Assembly: GCA_037129555.1 (NCBI GenBank) | Contig: JBAXUS010000091.1 | Location: forward strand, 1-23,739 | Origin: Planctomycetota bacterium | Lineage (GTDB): Bacteria > Planctomycetota > SZUA-567 > H5-PLA8 | Direction of reading: 5' to 3' | DNA length: 23,739 nt | In this document: piece after piece, positions 1 to 8,335 of the stretch | Layout of the letters: every line of letters starts with the position of its first letter | How positions within the stretch are numbered: position 1 is the first letter of the stretch | The notes under the pieces: generated by a model | What the model was told of the DNA's origin: nothing | Database searches by the model: none | Seen by the model: the letters and a program-made list of their open reading frames with translations, nothing else | Position numbers and translations under genes: made by a program

Positions 1-8
1 TCCAAAAC

Positions 9-335
9 CTAAAATCCAAACGTCCCCCACAATGCCGGACTGAGTTGCGCTTCGCTGGGGACGTCGGCGGTGATGGCGGTGGCTTTGTTTGACCAGTAGA
101 CGCGGTAGTGGGTTTGGAAGCCGTTGCCGCGCAGGATGCCGGTGTCGCCTTTTAGTTTCAATCCTGGCGTCGGTTTTAATCCCAGCGTTTCGAGCGGAAT
201 GGAGCATTCGAAATCTCCATTTTGTCCCGCCAACACAACCATCACGGGTGGCCCGCCTGAGCGAGGTGGTTGAGCGACGCACTCAAGAAGCTTCTCCCAA
301 ACCGTACGGTCACTCTTAAACGGCTCATCCATCAA
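9..335 (-). CDS. Hypothetical small protein (107 aa). It has no signal peptide or recognisable motif. Its stop lies ~6 nt from the window edge.
   Basis: Six-frame ORF directly downstream of, and co-directional with, the ThuA-like gene. Nothing in its sequence that I recognise. It could also be spurious. Confidence 0.3.
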   Translation of the reverse strand: MMDEPFKSDRTVWEKLLECVAQPPRSGGPPVMVVLAGQNGDFECSIPLETLGLKPTPGLKLKGDTGILRGNGFQTHYRVYWSNKATAITADVPSEAQLSPALWGTFGF

Positions 336-372
336 ACCCGTGGCCGCCCTGTTTTAACACAGCGCTTGCGTC

Positions 373-1398
373 TTATTTATACGCCTGAGGCATCTGCGGC
401 ACCACGCCTAACTCTTTGTAATTAAACCCGCTTTCAAGCGGCTTATACGTCCCGACGATTTCCACGCTGCGCGTCGGCGTGATTGCGGATTCCAGGCCCA
501 TGCACCAATACGATGCGTTGATGATCAGGCGGCGCAAGCCGGCGGATTCGAGGTCGGTGGCGCTGCCCATCGTCGATTGAAACACGCGCGCGACTTTGCC
601 TTCGCTGGTCGTCCAATTTTTGAACCACGCGACCGGTAGTGCTTCCAATTTCGGATTCGGAGCGTCGTCGTGTTTGCGGCCCATCAACGGCTGGCCCCAG
701 ACCAAAGCAGTGCAACCGGCGGGCAAACTCGTGCCCTCTTTATAAGTGCGGTAAACGTCAGAGTTGCCCCAGATGTCGCTGACGCCCGACAGGATTGGGT
801 GATTCTTCTGTTCTTCGACGAGGGTGCCGCGCGTCGAATCCTGATGCCAGCGCCCATGATGCCCCATGAACGACCCGCCGAGAATATCGTTGCCCCAGCT
901 GACCTGCTTGCCGTTGATCTTGTACGGCAGTGACGCGTGGAAGCCGTGATTGCCGGTGCGGATGGACATGATCGGTTTGCCGGAGTCGAGGTACTTCACG
1001 ATCAATTCGCGCTCGGCCATCGGGAGTGTCAACAGACGCGGAAAGAAAATCACAAGGTCCGCCGACGCGAGCTGTTCGAGCCCCGGGATGTGATGCGGCT
1101 TGAGCTCCTTGCCTTTCTCGGGATAAACCGGCATCGTCGGATCGACTTCGCCCTTCTCATTGACCGCGAACAAGACGACACAATCGAACCCATGATGCGT
1201 GCTGAGAATCTTCGCCATCATCGGCATCGACTGCTCGCTGCGATATTCCTGATCGGCAGCGATCAGCACAATCTTCTTGCCTTTCCCGGGCCCGTCGCCG
1301 CCGGGATAAGTGAGCCATTGATCGGCATCCGCGGCGCGGCTGAACCTCGCGCAGACAACAAGCAAGACAAAGATGAATCGGATCGTGAAGTATGGCAT
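373..1398 (-). CDS. Secreted ThuA-like protein with a class-I glutamine-amidotransferase-like fold (trehalose-utilisation ThuA family, tentative). It has an N-terminal signal peptide.
   Basis: 341-aa ORF. The N-terminus (MPYFTIRFIFVLLVVCARFSRAADA) is a typical Sec signal. The KKIVLIAADQEY start of the domain, the DLVIFF stretch and the GNHGFH region resemble ThuA-domain proteins that are abundant in planctomycetes. The family call comes from memory of that family and was not searched. Confidence 0.6.
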   Translation of the reverse strand: MPYFTIRFIFVLLVVCARFSRAADADQWLTYPGGDGPGKGKKIVLIAADQEYRSEQSMPMMAKILSTHHGFDCVVLFAVNEKGEVDPTMPVYPEKGKELKPHHIPGLEQLASADLVIFFPRLLTLPMAERELIVKYLDSGKPIMSIRTGNHGFHASLPYKINGKQVSWGNDILGGSFMGHHGRWHQDSTRGTLVEEQKNHPILSGVSDIWGNSDVYRTYKEGTSLPAGCTALVWGQPLMGRKHDDAPNPKLEALPVAWFKNWTTSEGKVARVFQSTMGSATDLESAGLRRLIINASYWCMGLESAITPTRSVEIVGTYKPLESGFNYKELGVVPQMPQAYK

Positions 1399-1484
1399 AG
1401 TGGTTCCCTATGAAGTGGATTGTTCTGATCGTGAAATTGAAGCGCTGAAGAAATACCTGTGCCCTGAAATTGCCTGGCCGAATT

Positions 1485-1838
1485 TCACGCGCCGATGAGG
1501 CTTTCCAACGGAATGTGCAAGGCGCTGTGCAGCTTGCGGATCATCGGCAACGAAAGTGCCCGGCGACCGTTGATGACCTCTTTGACCCGCTCTTTTGATC
1601 CCAATATTTGTTCAAGATCTTTCCGCGTCAGGCTCAACTGCTCCATACGGAATTTGATGGCCTCAACCGGATCTGGCGGAGGAATGGCGTGATGCTTGGA
1701 CTCGTAACTTTCGACCAGCGTGAGCAGGACGTCAAGCCGGTCACCACGAACGGTTCCCTCTGCCGCGCCCCAAAGAACGTCGATTTCCGCCAGAGCTGTG
1801 TCGTAATCGGCCTCTGTCTTGATGGGTCTGATTTTCAT
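1485..1838 (-). CDS. higA: HigA-family antitoxin / XRE-type HTH regulator (117 aa). It partners the HigB-family toxin immediately upstream.
   Basis: It starts at the internal Met (MKIRPIKTEADYDTALAEIDVLW...) of the longer six-frame ORF. Its ATG overlaps the HigB stop as ATGA. The N-terminal EADYDTALAEID / DVLLTLVESYES helix region and the C-terminal HTH (GSKERVKEVINGRRALSLPMIRKLHSAL) track the E. coli YgjM/HigA layout. Confidence 0.85.
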   Translation of the reverse strand: MKIRPIKTEADYDTALAEIDVLWGAAEGTVRGDRLDVLLTLVESYESKHHAIPPPDPVEAIKFRMEQLSLTRKDLEQILGSKERVKEVINGRRALSLPMIRKLHSALHIPLESLIGA

Positions 1839-2131
1839 GCCACACTCTCCGCGTCCACAGCATCGTATTCTTTGTGTGTGCCGATGAATTTGATAAAACA
1901 AACTTGCCGCTTGTAATCCACCGCAACGATTAACCGATACTTGTTTCCGCCAATATTGAATACGATGCGTCCCGCTTTGAGAACACTGGCGGTTCTGAAC
2001 TGGGCCTTTACCTGCTGCGGTATCGCCCATGACGCCTTTTGAGCTTCAGCGTACCAAGCTTGCAGCGGTCCCTCGGCATCGGGATGGCGTCACCAAAATT
2101 CACGCAATGTTCACTTTGATATCACCCTCAT
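1835..2131 (-). pseudogene. higB: HigB-family (YgjN-like) type II toxin gene, interrupted by two in-frame TGA codons near the N-terminus.
   Basis: The minus-strand frame reads MRVISK*TLREFW*RHPDAEGPLQAWYAEAQKASWAIPQQVKAQFRTASVLKAGRIVFNIGGNKYRLIVAVDYKRQVCFIKFIGTHKEYDAVDAESVA*. This aligns along its whole length with HigB/YgjN (MHLITQKALKDAAEKYP...NVGGNELRVV...THKEYD). The TGA codons sit at plus-strand 2111-2113 and 2090-2092. There is no in-frame ATG/GTG restart downstream of the second stop. Confidence 0.75.
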
Positions 2132-2255
2132 CGCTTTACCACGCCAAGTTCTCCTTACGGTAACTGAAACAGCGTGAATGTCACTGGCAAAGTCTCCAAA
2201 ATATCAACGCGCCGCTACAAAACCCTTTTATTTGGCCGGGATCTCGCTCACGGTG

Positions 2256-2678
2256 TCATTCGCTTTGCTGTGTAACAGCTTGTCGCCGGATGCGCCATTC
2301 ACAGAGTTGCCAGACGACAATGAGAATTGTGAGTGCAATAAGAATGTCGATCGCTACGCCCGAGTAAATAAAATCCCCCTTTTCGTTCACGTAAGGTGCT
2401 GCAAACATGCGTCTGACTTTCAGCGGACGACTGTGCGCGAAGCTTGGCCAGCCGCGAACGGCTTGCATAAAGTATTCGACGCCCCCATACGGATCTTCGG
2501 CAAAGTCAGGTGAAAAGTACTCTCCGTCATCATTTTTAATTGCGTGTATTTCAGCCGCAAGTTTCGGATCAAGCCACTTTCTATCCGCCGTATTCACCCA
2601 CATCAATCCACCCGCGACAAACATCAACAGGACGGCCGTCGAGAGGTGGAGGCGAAAGAATTGTCGGGCGTTGGGCAT
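2256..2678 (-). CDS. Small membrane protein (140 aa) with one N-terminal and one C-terminal TM helix. It is the last gene of the four-gene cluster.
   Basis: Hydrophobic segments LSTAVLLMFVAGGLMWV and VAIDILIALTILIVVWQL. It lies 11 nt downstream of the dehydrogenase-like gene on the same strand. Confidence 0.6.
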   Translation of the reverse strand: MPNARQFFRLHLSTAVLLMFVAGGLMWVNTADRKWLDPKLAAEIHAIKNDDGEYFSPDFAEDPYGGVEYFMQAVRGWPSFAHSRPLKVRRMFAAPYVNEKGDFIYSGVAIDILIALTILIVVWQLCEWRIRRQAVTQQSE

Positions 2679-2689
2679 GGTGATGGCCT

Positions 2690-4189
2690 TTAATTCTTCG
2701 GGATTTCATTCACTGTGTAATACGCTTTTGCGTGAACCAATTTGGTTCCTTCCGCAGACAACATGCCTGACAGATCAAAATCATGAATGTGGTCTTCGAT
2801 GATTTTATCGACGTAGATATAGACAGACAATCCATCCGCGGCGGGCTCGGCTTTTGTGACGGTGCGCGTGGTTTCATCGACTTCGGGACTGCCGTACGCT
2901 CCGTGGTAAATGTGCGTGTACGTCTTGAGTGTGTAGGTCTCGAGTTTGGCTGCGATGGTTTTGTCGACGGGTTTTGTGAACGTCAGAAGGAAGCCGTCTT
3001 TTTTGATGTTGATCTCTTTGATTTCAAACGGCACTTTTCCATTCCAATCAATGCGTTGCAACGCAAACGGTTCAGTGCCTCGAACGGGCCATTGCGAATT
3101 CGTCGTGAAGCCACCGGCGAGCAATTGGCCTTTGGGCGAGAATTCGACGTTCATGATGCCGGTCGCCAGACCTTCGCGAAAGGGATAACACGCGCCTTGC
3201 CAGACGCCATTTATCTGCTCCGTCGTGGCGCGCATGATGATGCTGAGCGTGTAATCGCCGAGGAAGAGTTGGTTGTCAAACGGTCCGAATTTTCCGCCGG
3301 TAGTGTTGAGTCTAAATCCAGAAATCGAACGACCCATTTTAATGTACGGAAAACGAACAACCGGCGGAATGAGTTCTTTGACACGTTTCTTTTCAACAGC
3401 CATTCGCGAGTCGGTGTTTGGTTTCAGTTCCGGAGCTTTTTGCCCTGGGACGAAGGGGTACCAGTTATAGCTGGCCGGATGTCCCAGGAATGCGCCTTCC
3501 TTCACGTGTTTGAGCGAGCAGCAGCCATTCCACGGGCCTTGACTTTCGATGACGAGCATGGCGCCTTCAGCGTTTGCATTGATGCCACCGGGGCTGCGCA
3601 AACCGCTGCAGATCGGAATCATTTTCCCGTCGGGCGTGACTTTGACCGCCCAGCCTCGGAAAAGATTGTGCGATTCATACGAGCCACTGAGTCCCAGCGC
3701 GACAAAGATATTTCCGTCTTTATCGGGCTTGGATCCGAACGCAAATTCGTGGCCTTCGGCATAGCCCCAATTGTTCGTCAGCGTGTCGTAATGATCCGCG
3801 ACGCCATCGCCATCGACATCCTTGATGCGCGTGACTTCACCGAAGCTGACGGAGAGCATCGCGTTATCTTTCCACGCGAGCGAAAAGATTTCGTCCTGGC
3901 CACTGGCAAACAAATGGAACACGGGAAGCGGTGGCGAATCGAATGCGCCTTTGACGAAATAAATATCGCCGCGCCGCGTGCCGACAGCGAGACGACCGTC
4001 GGGGAGACTTTCCAATCCGCCGACGCGCAGCGGCACCGTCGCCGGGATTGGGATGGTGACGATGGGATAATACTTCGCCTCTTCGAGCGCAGTGCCCCAC
4101 ATCGAACCGAGGTCTTCGCCGGCGCGGAGATTTACTAAAGAAGCGAGGGCGAAAGCGAGCAAGCCTGAGATGAATCGCGTGTTTACCAT
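2690..4189 (-). CDS. Secreted beta-propeller protein of the glucose/sorbosone-dehydrogenase-like family. It resembles the PVC-specific 'putative membrane-bound dehydrogenase domain'.
   Basis: 499-aa ORF with a signal peptide (MVNTRFISGLLAFALASLVNLRAGE). The propeller-type stretches LPDGRLAVGTRRGDIYFV, DGDGVADHYDTLT and KDGNIFVALG are typical of this family. The start overlaps the stop of the upstream cytochrome by 7 nt. Confidence 0.75.
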   Translation of the reverse strand: MVNTRFISGLLAFALASLVNLRAGEDLGSMWGTALEEAKYYPIVTIPIPATVPLRVGGLESLPDGRLAVGTRRGDIYFVKGAFDSPPLPVFHLFASGQDEIFSLAWKDNAMLSVSFGEVTRIKDVDGDGVADHYDTLTNNWGYAEGHEFAFGSKPDKDGNIFVALGLSGSYESHNLFRGWAVKVTPDGKMIPICSGLRSPGGINANAEGAMLVIESQGPWNGCCSLKHVKEGAFLGHPASYNWYPFVPGQKAPELKPNTDSRMAVEKKRVKELIPPVVRFPYIKMGRSISGFRLNTTGGKFGPFDNQLFLGDYTLSIIMRATTEQINGVWQGACYPFREGLATGIMNVEFSPKGQLLAGGFTTNSQWPVRGTEPFALQRIDWNGKVPFEIKEINIKKDGFLLTFTKPVDKTIAAKLETYTLKTYTHIYHGAYGSPEVDETTRTVTKAEPAADGLSVYIYVDKIIEDHIHDFDLSGMLSAEGTKLVHAKAYYTVNEIPKN

Positions 4190-6870
4190 TGGTACTCCAG
4201 TGTCAGTGTCGAGCGTCCTTTGGGAAGCGTGAGCGGAATCAAAACGTCGGCGGGATCACCGGCGCGGACGATTCCTTTTTGATCGGAGGTGATGCGCAGT
4301 TCGAGAGCACCGATTTTGAATGTGCGGTCGGATTGCTTCGCAACTTCTTTGCCCACAGCAGCGCGGAAGTAGAACATCGTTTGATCGCCGGGCGTCGTGA
4401 ACGTGAGCGTGCGTTTGAAGAACGCTTTGCCGTCCTTGCCGCGAACGTCTTCAAAGAAATCCTCGACCGCGATGTCGCCGTACAGGTAATAGAAGGTGGG
4501 GCGGCGCAGCGTGTCGAGGTGATAGCCTCGGAACTGGTAGCCGTGGTCCTGCGGGAAGGGATAATTCGTCTTCCCTTTGTAGGGCCAATTGTCGTCGAGC
4601 GTTTTCAAGCGTTCAAACGGGACGCCTTTCGGGAACATGATGGCGTCGGTTCCGCGCGGATGGAACGAGCCGAGATCGACGTTGGCGAACTCGCCTTTCC
4701 AAAGTTGGCGCAGCGCCATTTCTTCGGAATCAAATGCGAGGTTGAGGCGTTCGGGATAGCCGACGCCAATGCCGCGATAACCGACCGGCCCGCGCCCGCG
4801 ACAGATTTCGGCTACGTCACCTACTCGCACTTCGTTCGATTGACGCGAAAGGCCGAGCGGCTTTTTCGCTCGGGTGCCGTCTTCCAAATACGCCCAAATC
4901 GCTTCGATTTGTTGGCCTGCGTCACCGCCCAAAATGTTGGGACGCGCAGCGACGCCGTCGGGCCAATACGTTGGCATGATGACCGTTTTGTGGAAGCGCA
5001 TCGGCGCGCGCATATAAAGGTGGAACCAATTTTTCTGAAGGCGCTCGGTGGCGAAAACGATGTCGAGCGCGCCAGGGCCGGCGGCTTTCTGTCCGTTGTA
5101 ATCGTGGCATCCGATGCAGCCGTAACCGGTCGTACCCATCATCTCCCAGCCCGCCGTTTTCGCTTCGGTGATGTTCGCGAGTTGCGGGATCGGCACGGTT
5201 TCGAGTTCATCAACTTTGCCAAAAAGTTCGACGAGATGACCGACATTTGCGTCGCCGAATTGCGGCATCGAGACGTCGAGATAAGTGCGCTGACGTTTGC
5301 CGCGCAGCATTACGTCGGCCATCCATTCCGGCTTCAACTTCGCGCCGACGAACGTGAGCGGCGGAGGAATTCTCCCCTGATCGCCGAGTTCGTTTTGCGT
5401 GCCGGTAAAGAGTTCGTTCCGGTCGCCCGCGACTTTGCCAAGGCCCGCGCGTTCGTGACAGGCAGTGCAGTTGAACGTCGCGATTGACTTCTCGAGGAGT
5501 TGCTTGTCCGTAAGTTTTAGTTTGTCTGCGCTGGGAAGTGCATTGGCGATCAAGCTGCGTTGCTCGGTACTCAAATCGAAACGCGGCCATGATCCAGGCG
5601 TTTCGCCGATGCAGCCTTTCGACGCTGCGAGTTTTGCAAATCCGCTCGCGGGTTTTACTGGGATTTGAAGGTCAGTGTGGCAGTTTGCGCATCCGAATTT
5701 GGCGAAGTGATCGCGTCCGCGCGCGGCGAGTTCAGGATCGATTTTGAGCGGTTCGAATGCCGGGATGGGTTCGTTGGAAATCGAGAGCATCGACGACGGA
5801 ATCGGCGCGCGTTCAAACTTCGGGCCTTTCATGTCGAACGAGAATTTCGCTTCGCGCCCGGTGTGAAAATAAACGAATTGAATTTTGCGCCAGCCTGCGG
5901 CGAGATCAGCCGAGCCCTCGAATTGTTTCACGCCGCGTCGATCACTCGGTTCCTGTTTCACGACCTCTTTTCCATCAAGCGTCAGCGTTGCACCGTTGGC
6001 TTTGATGAAGAACGTGTAGCGCCCGGCGTCGGGGATGTTGATCCAACCGTCGTACTTGATCGCGGTGTGATGCTGCACGGTTCCGATGCTCTCGAGCGCG
6101 AAATCTTTGACGTGACCCGAGCGATCCGCTTTGACTTTGTCGGCGGTTAAGCCTTCATACACAGGGCCGCGATACAGCGTGAACGCGAGGTTGCCGGGGA
6201 CGCGGGTGTCTTGGAGAAGGAAGTGAGCGATGCGATTGATGTCCTCGTTTTGCAGGTGCATGTCCGGCATGCGTCCGGAGGGGCGCGACGTGTGAGGCTG
6301 CTGGAGGAAATTGACGAGACTCTTTAAGCTGTACTTCTTATCCAACGCGCCCAACGGCACCGAAGTCGCCGGCATTTGTTCGACGCCTTTTTCATCGCGC
6401 GGGGAGTGACATGCGGCACATCCACGCGCGTGGAACAAGCGTTTGCCTTGCTCGGCGGCGACGGTGTCGGGCGCTTGCGGTGCGAAATTATTTTTCTTGA
6501 GCGAGAGCAAGAAATGCGTGATCGCGGTGGCGGCTTTATTTTTGTCGTCACCGAGTTGCGCGAGAACGTCCGGCATGGTCGTGCCGGGTTTAATGGTGTG
6601 CGGTGCGCGAATGAATGCCTCGATATAAGCGGGGTTGACGCGCGAACCGATGTCGGCGAGGCGCGGCGCTTTTTTCGATTGAGCAGTCAGCGAGTCGCTG
6701 CCCAAATGGCACGCCGCGCAATTCAACTCTTCGATCAGCACATGGCCTTTGAGCTCGGGATCGAGTTTGGTGTTGGCGACTCCGGGCACGAACGTTTCTG
6801 CGAACAACGCGGGCGTTGCGAGAGCGAGCAGCAACGCGCTGGCGACGATCAGTGAGAACGGTTTCGACAT
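4183..6870 (-). CDS. Secreted multihaem c-type cytochrome with five CxxCH motifs and an embedded PA14 domain.
   Basis: 895-aa ORF with a signal peptide. Haem-binding motifs CAACH (twice), CANCH, CTACH and CIGCH. A PA14-like segment (YDGWINIPDAGRYTFFIKANGATLTLDGKEV) sits between haem motifs 2 and 3. Confidence 0.9.
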   Translation of the reverse strand: MSKPFSLIVASALLLALATPALFAETFVPGVANTKLDPELKGHVLIEELNCAACHLGSDSLTAQSKKAPRLADIGSRVNPAYIEAFIRAPHTIKPGTTMPDVLAQLGDDKNKAATAITHFLLSLKKNNFAPQAPDTVAAEQGKRLFHARGCAACHSPRDEKGVEQMPATSVPLGALDKKYSLKSLVNFLQQPHTSRPSGRMPDMHLQNEDINRIAHFLLQDTRVPGNLAFTLYRGPVYEGLTADKVKADRSGHVKDFALESIGTVQHHTAIKYDGWINIPDAGRYTFFIKANGATLTLDGKEVVKQEPSDRRGVKQFEGSADLAAGWRKIQFVYFHTGREAKFSFDMKGPKFERAPIPSSMLSISNEPIPAFEPLKIDPELAARGRDHFAKFGCANCHTDLQIPVKPASGFAKLAASKGCIGETPGSWPRFDLSTEQRSLIANALPSADKLKLTDKQLLEKSIATFNCTACHERAGLGKVAGDRNELFTGTQNELGDQGRIPPPLTFVGAKLKPEWMADVMLRGKRQRTYLDVSMPQFGDANVGHLVELFGKVDELETVPIPQLANITEAKTAGWEMMGTTGYGCIGCHDYNGQKAAGPGALDIVFATERLQKNWFHLYMRAPMRFHKTVIMPTYWPDGVAARPNILGGDAGQQIEAIWAYLEDGTRAKKPLGLSRQSNEVRVGDVAEICRGRGPVGYRGIGVGYPERLNLAFDSEEMALRQLWKGEFANVDLGSFHPRGTDAIMFPKGVPFERLKTLDDNWPYKGKTNYPFPQDHGYQFRGYHLDTLRRPTFYYLYGDIAVEDFFEDVRGKDGKAFFKRTLTFTTPGDQTMFYFRAAVGKEVAKQSDRTFKIGALELRITSDQKGIVRAGDPADVLIPLTLPKGRSTLTLEYQW

Positions 6871-6927
6871 GGGCGTTTGGATTCCGATGTTGAGAGTATG
6901 CGTAGCGAACGAGAACGTTGACGCGAG

Positions 6928-8202
6928 TTATTGCTTGTCGATGACAATCGCCGGTCGCGAAAGAATATTTTTAGCGAGTGCACCGTAATGATTCGAGCGC
7001 CAATAGCGGTCGAGATCGGCGGCAGCAATGAGTTCCAATCCCGGCGAGGCGATGGCAGGATTGCGGAGAATGTAGATGTTTTCGGCGGCGATGTAGCCAG
7101 CGACGGTCAACGTGTGACCGGCTTCGCCATTCGGATATTCGGGGCCGATGAATTTGAAATCGATCACGACGGGACGCCCCGCATCGGTTTCGGACTTCAG
7201 AAAATCCGTCCCCTTCTTAAAGCCGTCGTCGTCAGGCGTGAACGTGACGAGCTTCCATATGAGGCCGATTTTCTCGGAGGCCTTCAATAGATCGCCCCAA
7301 TCCGTTCCGGTGCCGGGCTGGCTTGGACAGAGCAATTTGTAATCCCAAGCGCCGAGCGTTTTTCCTTGGAATCGCGCGAGCATCGTCACGCTGGTCGCGC
7401 CGCAATTGTTGAAGCCTTGATGAACATGTTGCGCATCGACGTAAGCAAAGACACCGGGTTCAGATTTGCGCTTTCGATAGTCGATCAACTTCAACAAATC
7501 AGCGGCTTCTTGCGCGGACATGTGGTCGGACGGTTGCGTGGGCTGGCCGGTTGCTTTAACAGGTTTCATCTTCGACGCTTTGGTCCAGGTTGCTTTTGCT
7601 TGCTCCAATTCGCCCGCGTGAAATTGCATTTCGCCAAGCACGACAAGTCCCGAGACGTCATTCAAGTCAGCCGAGCGTGTCGCATACTTTCGCGCGAGTT
7701 GTGGGTCTGCGGCGATGGTGCCTTCGCCAGCGAGATAAATCATCGCCAATTTCGACGCCGCGCGAGCGCTGCCTTTATCGGATGCTTTCTTCCATACCTC
7801 GATGGCTTTTGGAATGTTCAAATCTGTTCCCTGCGCTCCAAAATAGCACTGACCCAAATTGAATGCGGCTTGGGACGAATGCGGGGCGGCAGAGAAGAAA
7901 TATCCGAACGCTATGGCCGGGCTGCGCGTCACGCCTTGTCCGCGCAAATACATGTGCCCAATCATATCCATCGCGTCACCGTCACCCGCGTCGGCTGCGA
8001 GATGCGCCCAGCGCAAGGCTTGCACATTATCTTTCTCCACGCCTTTGCCGTCGCGGTATCGCATCGCGAGCATGCGTTGGGATGACACATCACCCTTCGT
8101 CGCTTTCGCGGTCAAGTCATCAATCGACGGCAACTCTTCAGCACGGACGGGGACGCAGGACAATAAGAGGGAGAGAGCGAGGAGTGTGTGTACGATTTTC
8201 AT
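6928..8202 (-). CDS. Secreted protein with an N-terminal Sel1-like (TPR-family) repeat region and a C-terminal C39-like papain-fold cysteine peptidase domain.
   Basis: Signal peptide MKIVHTLLALSLLLSCVPVRAEE. Several Sel1-like repeats (MRYRDGKGVEKD..ALRWAHLAADAGD..AMDMIGHMYLRGQGV.., ...). The C-terminal region has an NNCGATSVTM (Cys) and GHTLTVAGY (His) pair followed by ILRNP, like Peptidase_C39_2/BtrH-like domains. Confidence 0.8.
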   Translation of the reverse strand: MKIVHTLLALSLLLSCVPVRAEELPSIDDLTAKATKGDVSSQRMLAMRYRDGKGVEKDNVQALRWAHLAADAGDGDAMDMIGHMYLRGQGVTRSPAIAFGYFFSAAPHSSQAAFNLGQCYFGAQGTDLNIPKAIEVWKKASDKGSARAASKLAMIYLAGEGTIAADPQLARKYATRSADLNDVSGLVVLGEMQFHAGELEQAKATWTKASKMKPVKATGQPTQPSDHMSAQEAADLLKLIDYRKRKSEPGVFAYVDAQHVHQGFNNCGATSVTMLARFQGKTLGAWDYKLLCPSQPGTGTDWGDLLKASEKIGLIWKLVTFTPDDDGFKKGTDFLKSETDAGRPVVIDFKFIGPEYPNGEAGHTLTVAGYIAAENIYILRNPAIASPGLELIAAADLDRYWRSNHYGALAKNILSRPAIVIDKQ

Positions 8203-8335
8203 GTGAATCCTTATCCCGTGAACGAGATTGAAACCGACAATGATCTCTCGATGTCTTTTCGAGTGGTGTATACGAGGTTCATGCTTCCCTCGTACGCAAT
8301 AGAAAACAAGTCACTGAGTTATAAAGGAATTTACG

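Noticed and set aside
2178-2802. Plus-strand ORFs of 111 aa and 131 aa overlapping the small membrane protein gene and the HigB promoter region.
   Set aside because: They overlap better-supported minus-strand genes and have no recognisable features.
4189-5487. Long plus-strand ORFs (432 aa, 451 aa, 438 aa, 458 aa and others) antisense to the cytochrome, dehydrogenase-like and flotillin genes.
   Set aside because: These are typical high-GC antisense artefacts. They are Arg/Ala/Asp-rich and featureless, while the minus-strand partners have clear family signatures.
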